A stretch of 64,000 nucleotides of DNA. Origin: an uncultured Frankineae bacterium. Its GTDB lineage: Bacteria > Actinomycetota > Actinomycetes > Mycobacteriales > SCTD01. Both the position numbers and the translations under genes were made by a program. Shown here piece after piece: positions 27,569-37,205 of the stretch. How positions within the stretch are numbered: position 1 is the stretch's first letter; each line of letters starts with the position of its first letter. A model generated the notes under the pieces. That model saw nothing but the letters and a program-made list of their open reading frames with translations. It had not been told where the DNA came from and did no database searches. Location of the stretch: contig CADCUB010000085.1 of assembly GCA_902805775.1 (NCBI GenBank), positions 17,184-81,183 of the forward strand, given 5' to 3'.

Positions 27569-28477
27569 CTAGCTGCGCTGCGTCATCGAGTAGCGCAGCC
27601 GGGCCATGCCGTTCTCCGGTGCGAGCGGCATGCCGGTCGTGTCGAACAGCTCACCTACCCGCTCGGCGAGCCGCTCCGCCGTCCACCGGGTTCCGCCGTT
27701 CTCGATGGCGGCCTCGCTCGTGAAGGGCCGGTACAGCTCGACGGCGTCGCCCTGGACCCCGAAGACCTTGCCGCTGATGGCGCTGCTGGCGTCGCTGCAC
27801 AGGAAGGCGACGAACGGCGCGACGTTGTCGGGGTGCCAGAAGTCGAAGTCCGGCTCGCCGCCGGCCGGCCCCGAGATGCGCTCGCCGTAGGCCCCTTCGG
27901 TCATGCGGGTGCGGGCGGCGGGGCAGATGGCGTTCACGGTGATGCCGTGCTTCCAGTTCTCCTGGGCCACGATCTGCGCGAACGCCGCGATGCCGGCCTT
28001 GGCTGCTCCGTAGTTGCTCTGGCCGAAGTTGCCGAGGATGCCGCTGGTGCTCGCCGTGCAGACCACGTGACCGGACGAGCCGGTGTCGCGCCAGTGGTTG
28101 ACCGCGGCGTGCGTCGGCGCGTAGTGCCCCCGGAGGTGCACCTTGATCACCGCGTCCCACTCCTCGGGGGTCATCTTGGCCAGCGTGCGGTCGCGCAGGA
28201 TGCCCGCGTTGTTGACCAGCGCGTCGAGCCGGCCGAGCTGCTCGACCGCCGTGCGCACGATCCCCTGCCCGTGCTCGATCTCGGAGCAGTCGCCGACGTG
28301 CAGGACGGCCGTGCCCCCCGCGGCGGTGATCTCCTCGACGACCGCCTCGCCCGCCGCCCGGTCGACCTCCCCCACCACGACGGCCGCGCCCTCACGCGCC
28401 AGCTCGAGCGCCTCTCCCCTGCCCAGGCCCCGTCCTGCCCCCGTGACGATCGCCACCTTGCCGTCGAGAAGTCCCAT
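27569..28477 (-). CDS. classical SDR family oxidoreductase with C-terminal extension
   Basis: ATG at 28477. TGAGRGLG cofactor motif, NNAG and a catalytic YGAAK. Confidence 0.85.
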   Translation of the reverse strand: MGLLDGKVAIVTGAGRGLGRGEALELAREGAAVVVGEVDRAAGEAVVEEITAAGGTAVLHVGDCSEIEHGQGIVRTAVEQLGRLDALVNNAGILRDRTLAKMTPEEWDAVIKVHLRGHYAPTHAAVNHWRDTGSSGHVVCTASTSGILGNFGQSNYGAAKAGIAAFAQIVAQENWKHGITVNAICPAARTRMTEGAYGERISGPAGGEPDFDFWHPDNVAPFVAFLCSDASSAISGKVFGVQGDAVELYRPFTSEAAIENGGTRWTAERLAERVGELFDTTGMPLAPENGMARLRYSMTQRS

Positions 28478-28596
28478 GGGGCGACCGTACGTCCCGGTTG
28501 CGCGCGGGTTGCAGTGGGGCTGAGGGTGGTAGACGACCCGCCCTGCCCCGCGGGCGCAGACGCACCTGCTCCTGCACATCCGGAGGACCGCTGCCC

Positions 28597-29640
28597 ATGA
28601 CCCTGTCAGACGCACCCGCCCCGACGCTGTCCGCCCAGACCCTGTCCGCCCAGGCCCAGGCCCCGGCGTCGCCGACCCTGCCCTCACCGGCCCCGCTGGC
28701 CTCGGCCCTCGCCGAGGCGCTCGCCTCGGGCGGTGCCGGCCTCGACGCGCTGGCGCAGGTCGGGCCGGCCGACCGCCGCGACCGCTTCCTCACCCTGCTC
28801 GAGGTGTACGACCTGCACACCGCGCCCCTCGAGCGGGTCGGCGACCGCGCGCGCCTGCAGCACCACCCGGACGTCGCCGCCCTCAAGGGCCGGCTCGAGG
28901 GCGAGTGGCTGGCCGAGCTCGAGGCCCACTGGGAGGCCGCCGGTCCGCTGACGACCTGCGAGGGACCGGAGCAGGTCGTGCGGGCGATGCGGTCGGTGGC
29001 GGCCCGCGACCGGCTCCCGGCGGCGTACCGCTGGCTCGCCAGGACCGCGACGTACGAGCAGCTCGTGCACTTCCTGGCCCTCGAGGGCGGCCCGGACGGC
29101 GGCTTCGACGACCTCATCGCGCTGTGCCAGGTCGGGCTCGGCGGCACCGCCAAGCTCGAGCTCGGCAAGAACTACTGGGACGAGATGGGCCAGGGCGACC
29201 TGGCCGGCGTGCACACCGAGCTGCACCGGCGGCTGGTCCGCGCGCTCGAGCTGCCGACCGTGCCGCGCGACGAGCTGCCGGTCGAGGCGCTCGAGCGCGA
29301 GGCCTTCGGGGGCCTGCTCGCCACCAACCGCTGGCTGCAGCCCGAGATGATCGGCGCGCTGGGCCTGCTCGAGCTGCAGGCCGGGCCGCGCTGCCGCCTG
29401 GTGCTGCAGGGCCTGGACCGGCTCGGCGCACCGCAGGACGCCTACCCGTTCTACGTCGAGCACGCCGAGGTCGACCCCGTGCACGGCAAGGACTGGATGG
29501 ACAAGGCGATCGAGCCGCTGTCGGCGGAGCGCCCGGAGTGGGGTGCCCGCATGGTCCGCGGCGCCTACTGGCGGGCCGCGCTGAACCTGCAGTTCTTCGC
29601 GGCGGTCATGGACGAGCTGGTCGTGGCCGACGCCGGCTGA
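28597..29640 (+). CDS. iron-containing redox enzyme family protein (heme-oxygenase-like fold, putative di-iron)
   Basis: ATG at 28597 with GGAGG 10 nt upstream. Family-typical ligand-bearing helices NYWDEMGQGDLAGVHTELHRRL and FYVEHAEVDPVHGKDW. Confidence 0.75.
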   Translation: MTLSDAPAPTLSAQTLSAQAQAPASPTLPSPAPLASALAEALASGGAGLDALAQVGPADRRDRFLTLLEVYDLHTAPLERVGDRARLQHHPDVAALKGRLEGEWLAELEAHWEAAGPLTTCEGPEQVVRAMRSVAARDRLPAAYRWLARTATYEQLVHFLALEGGPDGGFDDLIALCQVGLGGTAKLELGKNYWDEMGQGDLAGVHTELHRRLVRALELPTVPRDELPVEALEREAFGGLLATNRWLQPEMIGALGLLELQAGPRCRLVLQGLDRLGAPQDAYPFYVEHAEVDPVHGKDWMDKAIEPLSAERPEWGARMVRGAYWRAALNLQFFAAVMDELVVADAG

Positions 29641-29660
29641 GCGTGCTCTAGCGTGCCGCC

Positions 29661-30872
29661 ATGACGACGCACCAGGTCACCAGCGAGGTGGGACGGCTGC
29701 GCACCGTCCTGCTCCACCGTCCGGGGCCCGAGCTGTCACGGCTGACGCCGCGCAACAGCGCCGACCTGCTGTTCGACGGCCTGCCGTGGGTGGGTCGCGC
29801 GCAGGAGGAGCACGACGGCTTCGCCGCGGCGCTGCGCGAGCGCGGCGTCGAGGTGCTCTACCTCACCGACCTGCTGGTGGAGGCGCTGGAGGTGCCGGCG
29901 GCGCGGGCCGCGGTCGTCGACTCCGCGGTCGCCCCGTCCGTCGTGGGGCCGCTGCTGGCGGACGTCCTGCGCCGCTGGCTCAGCGACCTGCCCAGCGCCG
30001 AGCTCGCCCAGGTCCTGTCCGCGGGCATCACGCACGACGAGCTGCCGGCCCACGGCGCCGACGGGGTGGTGGCACGGCTGGCGACCGACGGCGAGTTCGT
30101 CGTGCGCCCGCTGCCCAACCTGCTGTTCACCCGCGACTCGTCGGTGTGGGTCGACGACCACGTCGCCGTCACCAGCCCCTCGATGCTCGCCCGCGCCCGC
30201 GAGCGGACCTTCACCGCCGCGATCTACGAGCACTCCCCCCGCTTCGCCGGCACCCCCCTGCTCTACGGCGGCTCACCGGAGGAGGCGTGGTTCGAGGGGG
30301 GCGACGTGCTGGTCCTCGCTCCCGGCGTGGTCGCCGTCGGCACCGGTCAGCGCACCACCCCCGCCGGCGTCGAGGCGTTCGCCCTGCGGGTCTTCGAGCA
30401 GGGCCTGGCGTCCACCGTCCTGGCCGTGCCGATCGCCCAGGAGCGGGCGACGATGCACCTCGACACCATCTGCACGATGGTCGACCGCGACGCCGTCGTC
30501 ATGTTCCCCGCCGTCGCCGACACCCTGGACGCCTGCACCGTCACCAGCGACGGTGAGGGCGGGCTGCAGGTCAGCACGCCCGTGCCGTTCCTCGAGGCCG
30601 CAGCCGCGGCGATGGGCCTGGACCGGCTGCGGGTCATCGACACCGGCCTGGACCCGGTCACCGCGGAGCGCGAGCAGTGGGACGACGGGAACAACACCCT
30701 CGCGCTCGCGCCCGGCCTGGTCGTGGCGTACGAGCGCAACGTCGTGACCAACCACGCCCTGGAGAGGGCGGGCATCGAGGTCGTGCGCATCGCCGGCTCC
30801 GAGCTCGGCAGCGGCCGGGGCGGACCGCGGTGCATGAGCTGCCCCGTGCTGCGCGACCCGCTGCCGGTGTAG
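29661..30872 (+). CDS. arcA: arginine deiminase
   Basis: 403 aa. N-terminus [34 protein letters not shown] and C-terminal catalytic Cys context [10 protein letters not shown]. Confidence 0.9.
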   Translation: MTTHQVTSEVGRLRTVLLHRPGPELSRLTPRNSADLLFDGLPWVGRAQEEHDGFAAALRERGVEVLYLTDLLVEALEVPAARAAVVDSAVAPSVVGPLLADVLRRWLSDLPSAELAQVLSAGITHDELPAHGADGVVARLATDGEFVVRPLPNLLFTRDSSVWVDDHVAVTSPSMLARARERTFTAAIYEHSPRFAGTPLLYGGSPEEAWFEGGDVLVLAPGVVAVGTGQRTTPAGVEAFALRVFEQGLASTVLAVPIAQERATMHLDTICTMVDRDAVVMFPAVADTLDACTVTSDGEGGLQVSTPVPFLEAAAAAMGLDRLRVIDTGLDPVTAEREQWDDGNNTLALAPGLVVAYERNVVTNHALERAGIEVVRIAGSELGSGRGGPRCMSCPVLRDPLPV

Positions 30873-30914
30873 CCGGCTGCCTGCACCGGCTCGCGTCGCC
30901 CGGCGCCGGGCCGT

Positions 30915-31805
30915 TCAGCGCAGGGTGAGCTGGCGGCTCAGCAGCCCGGCGCGGGCCCGGCGCTCGTCGCCGGTCAGCGCCCGGGGGGACGCGAGCGCCT
31001 CGTCGAGCCGGGTGCGCAGGACCGCCGCGGGCTCCTCGAGGGCGTCGGCCTCCCGGTCACCCGGCAGGTCCCAGACGGGCACGAGCAGGCCGTGCGCGCG
31101 GAACGAGCCGACGTAGCGGCTGTCCGGGCCGATGCCCAGGCTCCCGGCGACGGCCAGCCGCGCCATCGCGTCGAGCAGCGGCTCCTCCTGCTCGGGCAGC
31201 ACCCAGCGCAGGTGCGTCTTGGGCGCCATGCGGCACCAGTAGGCCGAGCGCACGGACTCCAGGCGCGCCGTCGGGATGACGGAGGCGTTCGCCCGCTCCA
31301 TCGACGCGGCGACCGCGCCGTCGGGGTCCGCGGCGCCCTCGACCCAGTAGTCGAAGCCGTCGTGCAGCGTGACCTCGATCGGGTCGTCGGCCAGCAGGTC
31401 CTGCAGCCGCGGGCCGGGGCCGGGCAGGCCGGTCGGCACGACGGGCGTGCCTGGCGGCGCCGCGAGGGCCTGCTGGAGCGCCGCCGCGAGGTCGCGGCTC
31501 ACGTCGCTCGAGCGCGACTGCACCTGCAGGCCGAGCAGCACCGTCCCGTCGGCGCGCACGAGGGCGGGCCAGGCCAGGGGCAGCACGGTCGACAGGGTCA
31601 CCTCGCGCTCGTCGTCGCGGAGCCGGAGCGGGGCGGTGGCGGCCGGCACGACCTCGCGCAGGGCGACCCACTCGGTCTCGTCGGTCCGTCCCTCGAACGG
31701 CCGGGTCACCAGCCGCCGGTCCTCGCCCCGTGCCCGTCCGTGACAGGCCTTGTAGCGCTTGCCGCTGCCGCACGGGCACGGCTCGCGGGCACCGACGACC
31801 GGCAC
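30915..31805 (-). CDS. DUF5926 family protein with N-terminal SEC-C-type zinc motif
   Basis: CPCGSGKRYKACHGR near the N-terminus, followed by the conserved body (VLPLAWPALVR, FRAHGLLVPVWDL). Confidence 0.8.
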   Translation of the reverse strand: MPVVGAREPCPCGSGKRYKACHGRARGEDRRLVTRPFEGRTDETEWVALREVVPAATAPLRLRDDEREVTLSTVLPLAWPALVRADGTVLLGLQVQSRSSDVSRDLAAALQQALAAPPGTPVVPTGLPGPGPRLQDLLADDPIEVTLHDGFDYWVEGAADPDGAVAASMERANASVIPTARLESVRSAYWCRMAPKTHLRWVLPEQEEPLLDAMARLAVAGSLGIGPDSRYVGSFRAHGLLVPVWDLPGDREADALEEPAAVLRTRLDEALASPRALTGDERRARAGLLSRQLTLR

Positions 31806-31973
31806 CGTCGTCGGGTCGGCGCCGGGGGACGGCGCCCCGGTGGGACGGGCCGGCGGGCGGCGTCGCGTGCTGATCGGGCGCTCCAGCGGTCGTCGGACGG
31901 GCTGCGAGCGTACGACTCCGGTCGTGCGGACGGCCGCCCTGCGTCATGCTCGCGCGGTGACGGGGAACGCGCA

Positions 31974-32945
31974 GTGAGCGTCGTGGTCGTCGGGGCCGGC
32001 ATCGCCGGAGCGGCGTGCGCCCGGGCGCTGGCCGCCGCCGGTCTCGACGTCGAGGTGCGCGACCGGGCGCGCGTGCCCGGCGGGCGCATGGCGAGTCGCG
32101 AGCTGGGCGGACGGCGGGTGGACCTCGGGGCGTCCTACCTGACGGCCCGCGACGACCGCTTCGTCGCCGTGGTCGAGGACTGGGTCGGCCGGGGCCTGGC
32201 CCGCCCGTGGACCGACACGTTCCACGTCGCCACGCCCGACGGCCTCGGCGGGACGAAGACCGGCCCCCTGCGCTACGGCGCCGGCGGCGGGCTGCGCTCG
32301 CTCGTCGTGGACCTGCTCTCCGACCTGCCGGTGGTGCCGTCGACCGAGGTCGGCGCCGTCGGCCCGGGCCCCACGGTGGACGGCCGCCCGGTCGACGCCG
32401 TGGTGCTGGCGATGCCCGACCCGCAGGCTCAGCGGCTGCTCGACGACGGGCTCGTCGCCGAGCGGGAGGCGGTCGCGGGCCACGACTGGGAGCCGGTGCT
32501 CGCCCTGGCCGCCGGGTGGGGCGCACGGCGCTGGGACGACCGCTTCGACGGCTGCTTCGTGTCGGGGACCGGCTCCGACGGTGGCCCGAGCGACGTCCTG
32601 GGGTGGATCGCGGACGACGGCCGCCGCCGCGGCGACAGCGCACCCGTCCTGGTCGCCCACTCGACGGGGCCCTTCGCGGCCGCCCACCTCGACGACCCCG
32701 AGGCCGCCGGACCCGAGCTGCTGGCGGCGACCATGCGGGTGCTCGGTGTCGACGAGCCGCCGCAGTGGACCTCCGTGCAGCGCTGGACGTACGCCCGGCC
32801 GGCCGCGGCGCGCGACGAGCCGTTCTTCCTCGGGCCGCACCGGGTGGGGCTGTGCGGTGACGGCTGGGGCTCGGCGCGGGTCGAGACGGCGTACCTGTCC
32901 GGGCGCGCGCTGGGCGAGCGGCTCGCCTCGCAGCTCGCCGGCTGA
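31974..32945 (+). CDS. NAD(P)/FAD-dependent oxidoreductase (renalase/amine-oxidase-like, COG3380-type)
   Basis: The GTG at 31974 gives the dinucleotide-binding motif VVVVGAGIAGAACA...VRDRARVPGGRM. The track ORF starting at 31092 is an extension through the antisense of DUF5926. Confidence 0.75.
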   Translation: MSVVVVGAGIAGAACARALAAAGLDVEVRDRARVPGGRMASRELGGRRVDLGASYLTARDDRFVAVVEDWVGRGLARPWTDTFHVATPDGLGGTKTGPLRYGAGGGLRSLVVDLLSDLPVVPSTEVGAVGPGPTVDGRPVDAVVLAMPDPQAQRLLDDGLVAEREAVAGHDWEPVLALAAGWGARRWDDRFDGCFVSGTGSDGGPSDVLGWIADDGRRRGDSAPVLVAHSTGPFAAAHLDDPEAAGPELLAATMRVLGVDEPPQWTSVQRWTYARPAAARDEPFFLGPHRVGLCGDGWGSARVETAYLSGRALGERLASQLAG

Positions 32946-32988
32946 GCCGGTCCCGGCAGCGGGGCGGCTGACGGACGGGCGAGAGGCG

Positions 32989-33819
32989 TCAGGTGCGGGC
33001 GGCCAGCAGCTGCTTGACCCGCCCGGGCAGGTTGCTGATGACGATGTCGACGCCCAGGGCGGCGACCAGCTCGACGTCGTCGCGCTCGTCGACGGTGAAC
33101 ACCGCCAGCGGCCGGCCCTGCTCGTGCACGCGCTGCACGAAGCCGGGGTGCTTCTTCACCACTCGCAGGGCGACGCCCGCCGCGCTGACCTGGAGCGGCA
33201 GCCTGCCGTCGCGGTAGCGCACCGGGACGCGGTCCATGAGCAGCACGGTCGGCAGGACGGGCGCGAGCGAGTGCACCCGTCGCAGCGAGGTCAGCGCGTA
33301 GCTCATCACGGTCACCCGCGACGCCGCGCGGCCGGCCGGGGACGCCAGGCCGTACCGCGTGAGCAGGGCGATCAGCTCGCGCTCGACCAGCCCGCCGTAC
33401 CGCGTGGGGTGCTTGGTCTCGATGTGCAGCTGCACCGGCCGGCCGGCCGGGGTGGTGCTGTCGAGGGCGAGCTGCACCAGCCGCTCGAGGGTGAGCACGC
33501 TGCGCCGCTCCGCGTCCATCTCGACCTCGGCCCAGGCCTCCTGGAGCACCGGGTCGTCCTGCCGCGCCTTCCACGAGGCGAAGTCGAGGTCGGCGAGGTC
33601 GGCCAGCTCCAGCGTCGAGAGCACGCCCTGGCCGTCGCTCACGCGGTCGATCCGGCGGTCGTGCACGCAGACCAGGACCCCGTCACGGGTCAGCCGGACG
33701 TCGCACTCGAGCGAGTCGGCGCCCTCCTGCAGCGCCAGCTCGTAGGCGGCCAGGGTGTGCTCGGCGTGCGCTGCGGACGATCCGCGGTGCGCGACGACCA
33801 GTGGTGCTGGTGCGGGCAT
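32989..33819 (-). CDS. glpQ: glycerophosphodiester phosphodiesterase
   Basis: ATG start. GDPD motifs VVAHRGSS..HAEHTLAAY, ECDVRLTRDG and CVHD. Confidence 0.88.
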   Translation of the reverse strand: MPAPAPLVVAHRGSSAAHAEHTLAAYELALQEGADSLECDVRLTRDGVLVCVHDRRIDRVSDGQGVLSTLELADLADLDFASWKARQDDPVLQEAWAEVEMDAERRSVLTLERLVQLALDSTTPAGRPVQLHIETKHPTRYGGLVERELIALLTRYGLASPAGRAASRVTVMSYALTSLRRVHSLAPVLPTVLLMDRVPVRYRDGRLPLQVSAAGVALRVVKKHPGFVQRVHEQGRPLAVFTVDERDDVELVAALGVDIVISNLPGRVKQLLAART

Positions 33820-33923
33820 GCGCCGGCTCTACCCCTGTCCCCGTCGTCGCCGGACGCGGTGCGCGCTGCTGCCCGGCCCGGGCCCCTCGCCGTACGGCAT
33901 GCAGGCAGTCTGCCCCGACGGGG

Positions 33924-34784
33924 CTACTTGAGCAGGCGGGACAGGCGCCTGTCCGCCAGCGGCTTGCCGTCGGTCTGGCAGGTCGGGCAGTACTGCAGTG
34001 CCTTGTCCGCGAAGGAGACCTCACGCACCGTGTCACCGCAGCGCGGGCAGGGCAGGCCGCTGCGGCCGTGCACGTTGAGCCCGCTCTTCTTCTCCGACTT
34101 GAGCTTGCCGGCCGCCAGTCCCTCCGCCCGTCCGACCGCGGCGCGCAGCGTGTCGACGATCGCGGCGTGCAGGCGGGAGACGTCCTCGGGCGTGAGGTTC
34201 TTGGCCGGCTTGAACGGCGACAGGCCGACCTCCCAGAGGACCTCGTCGCTGTAGGCGTTGCCCACGCCGGCGATGAGGGACTGGTCGGTGAGCAGCCCCT
34301 TGACCTGACCCCGCTGCCCGGAGAGCAGCCCGGCGAGCAGCTGCTCGGTGAACTCCGGCGACAGCGGGTCGGTCCCGAGCCGGGCGACACCGGGCACCGA
34401 GGCGAGGTCGGCGGTGACGTAGACGGCCAGGCCCTTCTTCGTGCCGGCCTCGGTGAGGTCGAAGCCCGAGCCGTCGTCGAGGTGCACGCGCAGGGCGATC
34501 GGTCCCTTGCCCATGCGGGGCGGCGCGGACGGGAGCTGCTCCCGCCACTGCAGCCAGCCGGCCCGCGCCAGGTGGACGACCAGGTGCAGCCCCGAGACGT
34601 CGAGGTCGAGGAACTTGCCGTGCCGACCGGCCCCCGTGACCTCGAGCCCGGCGAGCGCGGTCACCGGCGGGTCGTAGGTCTTCAGCACCGACACGGCGAC
34701 CGGGTCGACGCGTGCCACGACCCGCCCCACCGCCCGCGCGCGCAGGAAGGAGGCGAGAGCTTCGACCTCGGGCAGCTCCGGCAC
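33924..34784 (-). CDS. Fpg/Nei family DNA glycosylase/AP lyase
   Basis: N-terminus (M)PELPEVE, an H2TH region and a C-terminal zinc finger CPRCG...CPTCQ. Confidence 0.88.
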   Translation of the reverse strand: MPELPEVEALASFLRARAVGRVVARVDPVAVSVLKTYDPPVTALAGLEVTGAGRHGKFLDLDVSGLHLVVHLARAGWLQWREQLPSAPPRMGKGPIALRVHLDDGSGFDLTEAGTKKGLAVYVTADLASVPGVARLGTDPLSPEFTEQLLAGLLSGQRGQVKGLLTDQSLIAGVGNAYSDEVLWEVGLSPFKPAKNLTPEDVSRLHAAIVDTLRAAVGRAEGLAAGKLKSEKKSGLNVHGRSGLPCPRCGDTVREVSFADKALQYCPTCQTDGKPLADRRLSRLLK

Positions 34785-34796
34785 GTCACCAGCCTG

Positions 34797-35885
34797 CTAG
34801 AAGGCGTACCGGACGCGCAACCACGGGGTGCGCTCGGCGATCAGGTCGGTGAGCTCGCGCACCCGCTCGCCCTTGAACCCGGTGCGGTAGCGCACGTTGC
34901 GGCCGCCGGTCTGCGACTGCTTGGCCTGCTGGGTCTGCGGTGTCCACAGCAGCTGCTCGGCCTGCGGGTGCCAGCCGAGGTTGACCTCGTGCAGCTGCTC
35001 GTTGTGGGTGAGGAAGATGACCTCCGCGGCCGCCTGTGCCTTGAACGCCTCGCCCGTGCCCTCGGCGAGGTCGTCGAGCAGCCGGGCCCAGTCGGCGAGC
35101 CAGCCCTCCCGGACGACGACGGGCGAGAGGTTGACGTGCACCTCGTACCCCGCCGCGACGAAGTCGTCGAGGGCCGCGATGCGGTCGGCGATCCGGTCGG
35201 TGCGGATGTCGAGCAGGCGGGAGTCGTCGTCGGGCATGAGCGAGAACCGCACACGGGTGCGGCCCTGCGGGTCCCAGGAGAGCAGGTCGCGGTTGACGTG
35301 CTTGGTGGCGAACGACGCCTTGGCGGTCGGCAGGGCGCGGAACAGCCCGACGAGGTCGCGGACGTTGTCCGACAGCCGGGCGTCCACGGAGCAGTCGCTG
35401 TTCTCCCCGATGTCGTAGACCCACGCCGACGGGTCGACCTGGTCCGGCGTCGACTTGCGTCCCTGGCGGCCGACGTGGCGCGCCGTGCAGCGCAGGATCT
35501 GCTCGATGTTGGCGAACACCGTCACCGGGTTGGAGAAGCCCTTGCGGCGCGGCACGTAGCAGTAGGCGCAGGCCATGGCGCACCCGTTGGCCGTCGACGG
35601 CGCGATGAAGTCGGAGGAGCGGCCGTTCGGCCGTGCGGCGAGCGACTTCTTGACGCCCAGGACGAGCGCCTCGGTCTTGATCCGCACCCAGCGCCGGACG
35701 TTCGCCTCGTCGCCCGCCAGCTCCGGGATGCGCCAGTGGGAGTCGACCTCCACCCGTTCGGCGTCCGGCCAGCGGGCGAGCACCTCCTGACCCCGCGGCA
35801 GCTCGGCAGCCGCCGGCTCGACGTAGATCCTGCGGACGTCGAGCAGCGTCCCGCCCGTCGCGGTCGACACCGGGGCCGTGGTCAT
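34797..35885 (-). CDS. spore-photoproduct-lyase-like radical SAM protein
   Basis: ATG at 35885. Radical SAM cluster motif CAMACAYCY (CxxxCxxC) and an SPL-family-like body. It stops 12 nt before the Fpg/Nei start. The track ORF 34797..37100 is over-extended. Confidence 0.75.
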   Translation of the reverse strand: MTTAPVSTATGGTLLDVRRIYVEPAAAELPRGQEVLARWPDAERVEVDSHWRIPELAGDEANVRRWVRIKTEALVLGVKKSLAARPNGRSSDFIAPSTANGCAMACAYCYVPRRKGFSNPVTVFANIEQILRCTARHVGRQGRKSTPDQVDPSAWVYDIGENSDCSVDARLSDNVRDLVGLFRALPTAKASFATKHVNRDLLSWDPQGRTRVRFSLMPDDDSRLLDIRTDRIADRIAALDDFVAAGYEVHVNLSPVVVREGWLADWARLLDDLAEGTGEAFKAQAAAEVIFLTHNEQLHEVNLGWHPQAEQLLWTPQTQQAKQSQTGGRNVRYRTGFKGERVRELTDLIAERTPWLRVRYAF

Positions 35886-35963
35886 CACCGGCTCCAACGC
35901 CGGGAGCGGGTTCCGGCTTCCGCGGAGGGGAAGGTTGCTGTCGTCCTGACGAGAAGGAGCTCG

Positions 35964-37205
35964 ATGTCGACCGCCCTGCTCACCGACCGCTACGAGCTGA
36001 CCATGCTCGAAGCGGTCCTGCGCACGGGGCTGGCCGAGCGACGGGCCGTGTTCGAGGTGTTCACCCGCCGGCTGCCGGTGGGCCGCCGCTTCGGCGTCGT
36101 GGCGGGGCAGGGCCGCCTGGCCTGCCTCGTGCCGCAGGTCCGCTACGACGACGAGGCGCTGGCTGCCTTGGACTTCCTGGGGCAGCAAGCGCGCACCTGG
36201 CTGCGCGGCCGCCCGTTGGGCGTCGAGGTGACCGCCTACCCCGAGGGCGAGACCTTCGTCCCCGGCTCCCCCGTCCTGACCGTGAGCGGCTGCTTCGGCG
36301 AGGGACTGCTGCTCGAGACGCTCGTGCTGTCGGTCCTCAACCACGACAGCGCGGTGGCCTCCGCGGCCGCCCGGATGGTGCTCGCCGCCGGGGGCCGGCC
36401 GCTGCTCGAGATGGGTGGCCGGCGCACGCACGAGCAGGCCGCGGTCGCTGCGGCACGGGCGGCGTACGTCGCGGGTTTCGCGCTGACCAGCAACCTCGAG
36501 GCGGGCCGCCGTCACGGCGTGCCCACCGCCGGGACGAGCGCGCACGCCTTCACCCTGGCCCACCGCAGCGAGGTCGAGGCCTTCGGCTCGCAGGTCGCGA
36601 CGCTCGGCACCGGGACGACGCTGCTGGTGGACACCTACGACACCGAGCAGGGCATCCGCAACGCGGTCGCCGTGGCCGGGACGGGGCTGGGAGCGGTGCG
36701 CCTGGACAGCGGCGACCCGCAGGTGGAGGTGCCTCGGGCACGGGCGCTGCTCGACGCGCTCGGCGCCACCGGCACGCGCATCGTCGTGACGGGCGACCTC
36801 GACGAGCACTCCATCGCGGCGCTCGCCGGCTCGCCCGTCGACACGTACGGCGTCGGTACCTCGGTGGTCACCGGGTCCGGCTCGCCCACAGCCGGTTTCG
36901 TGTACAAGCTGGTGGCGGTGGCTCAGGAGGACGGACCCGACGCCCCGCTCGTGCCCGTCGCCAAGCGGTCGGCAGGCAAGACGACCGTCGGGGGCCGCAA
37001 GTGGGCCTACCGCGGCGACGGCCGCGACGTCGTCCGGTTGCGGCCCGGGGGTCCGGGACGCCCACTGCAGCAGCCGCTCCCGTCGACCGACGACGTGCAC
37101 GCCGCTCGTGCCCGGTGCGCCGACGCCCTCGCCGCCCTGCCCCCCGAGGCCCGCCGCCTGGACCCCGGACCTCCCGCCTGGACCGTCGAGATCGAGGACC
37201 TGTGA
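35964..37205 (+). CDS. pncB: nicotinate phosphoribosyltransferase
   Basis: ATG at 35964 with AAGGAG 5 nt upstream. N-terminus LLTDRYELTMLEA and an NAPRTase body (GGRRTHE, SGDP). Confidence 0.9.
   Translation: MSTALLTDRYELTMLEAVLRTGLAERRAVFEVFTRRLPVGRRFGVVAGQGRLACLVPQVRYDDEALAALDFLGQQARTWLRGRPLGVEVTAYPEGETFVPGSPVLTVSGCFGEGLLLETLVLSVLNHDSAVASAAARMVLAAGGRPLLEMGGRRTHEQAAVAAARAAYVAGFALTSNLEAGRRHGVPTAGTSAHAFTLAHRSEVEAFGSQVATLGTGTTLLVDTYDTEQGIRNAVAVAGTGLGAVRLDSGDPQVEVPRARALLDALGATGTRIVVTGDLDEHSIAALAGSPVDTYGVGTSVVTGSGSPTAGFVYKLVAVAQEDGPDAPLVPVAKRSAGKTTVGGRKWAYRGDGRDVVRLRPGGPGRPLQQPLPSTDDVHAARARCADALAALPPEARRLDPGPPAWTVEIEDL

Noticed and set aside
29661-30872. arcA as part of a classical arginine deiminase (ADI) operon
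   Set aside because: No arcB, arcC or arcD-like genes flank it, so I annotated it as a stand-alone arginine deiminase (see the HDO finding).
35941-35952. tcgtc-ct-gacga as a candidate NrtR operator upstream of pncB
   Set aside because: It has only 5-bp arms overlapping the ribosome-binding region. I do not know the lineage-specific NrtR motif well enough to call it, so it is mentioned only as something to test.
33801-35963. N-terminal 721 aa of the 1134-aa ORF ending as pncB
   Set aside because: It is antisense to the Fpg/Nei and SPL-like genes. PncB homology starts at the ATG at 35964, which has a strong AAGGAG.
35886-37100. N-terminal 405 aa of the 767-aa ORF ending as the SPL-like gene
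   Set aside because: It is antisense to pncB. The radical SAM protein begins at the ATG at 35885.
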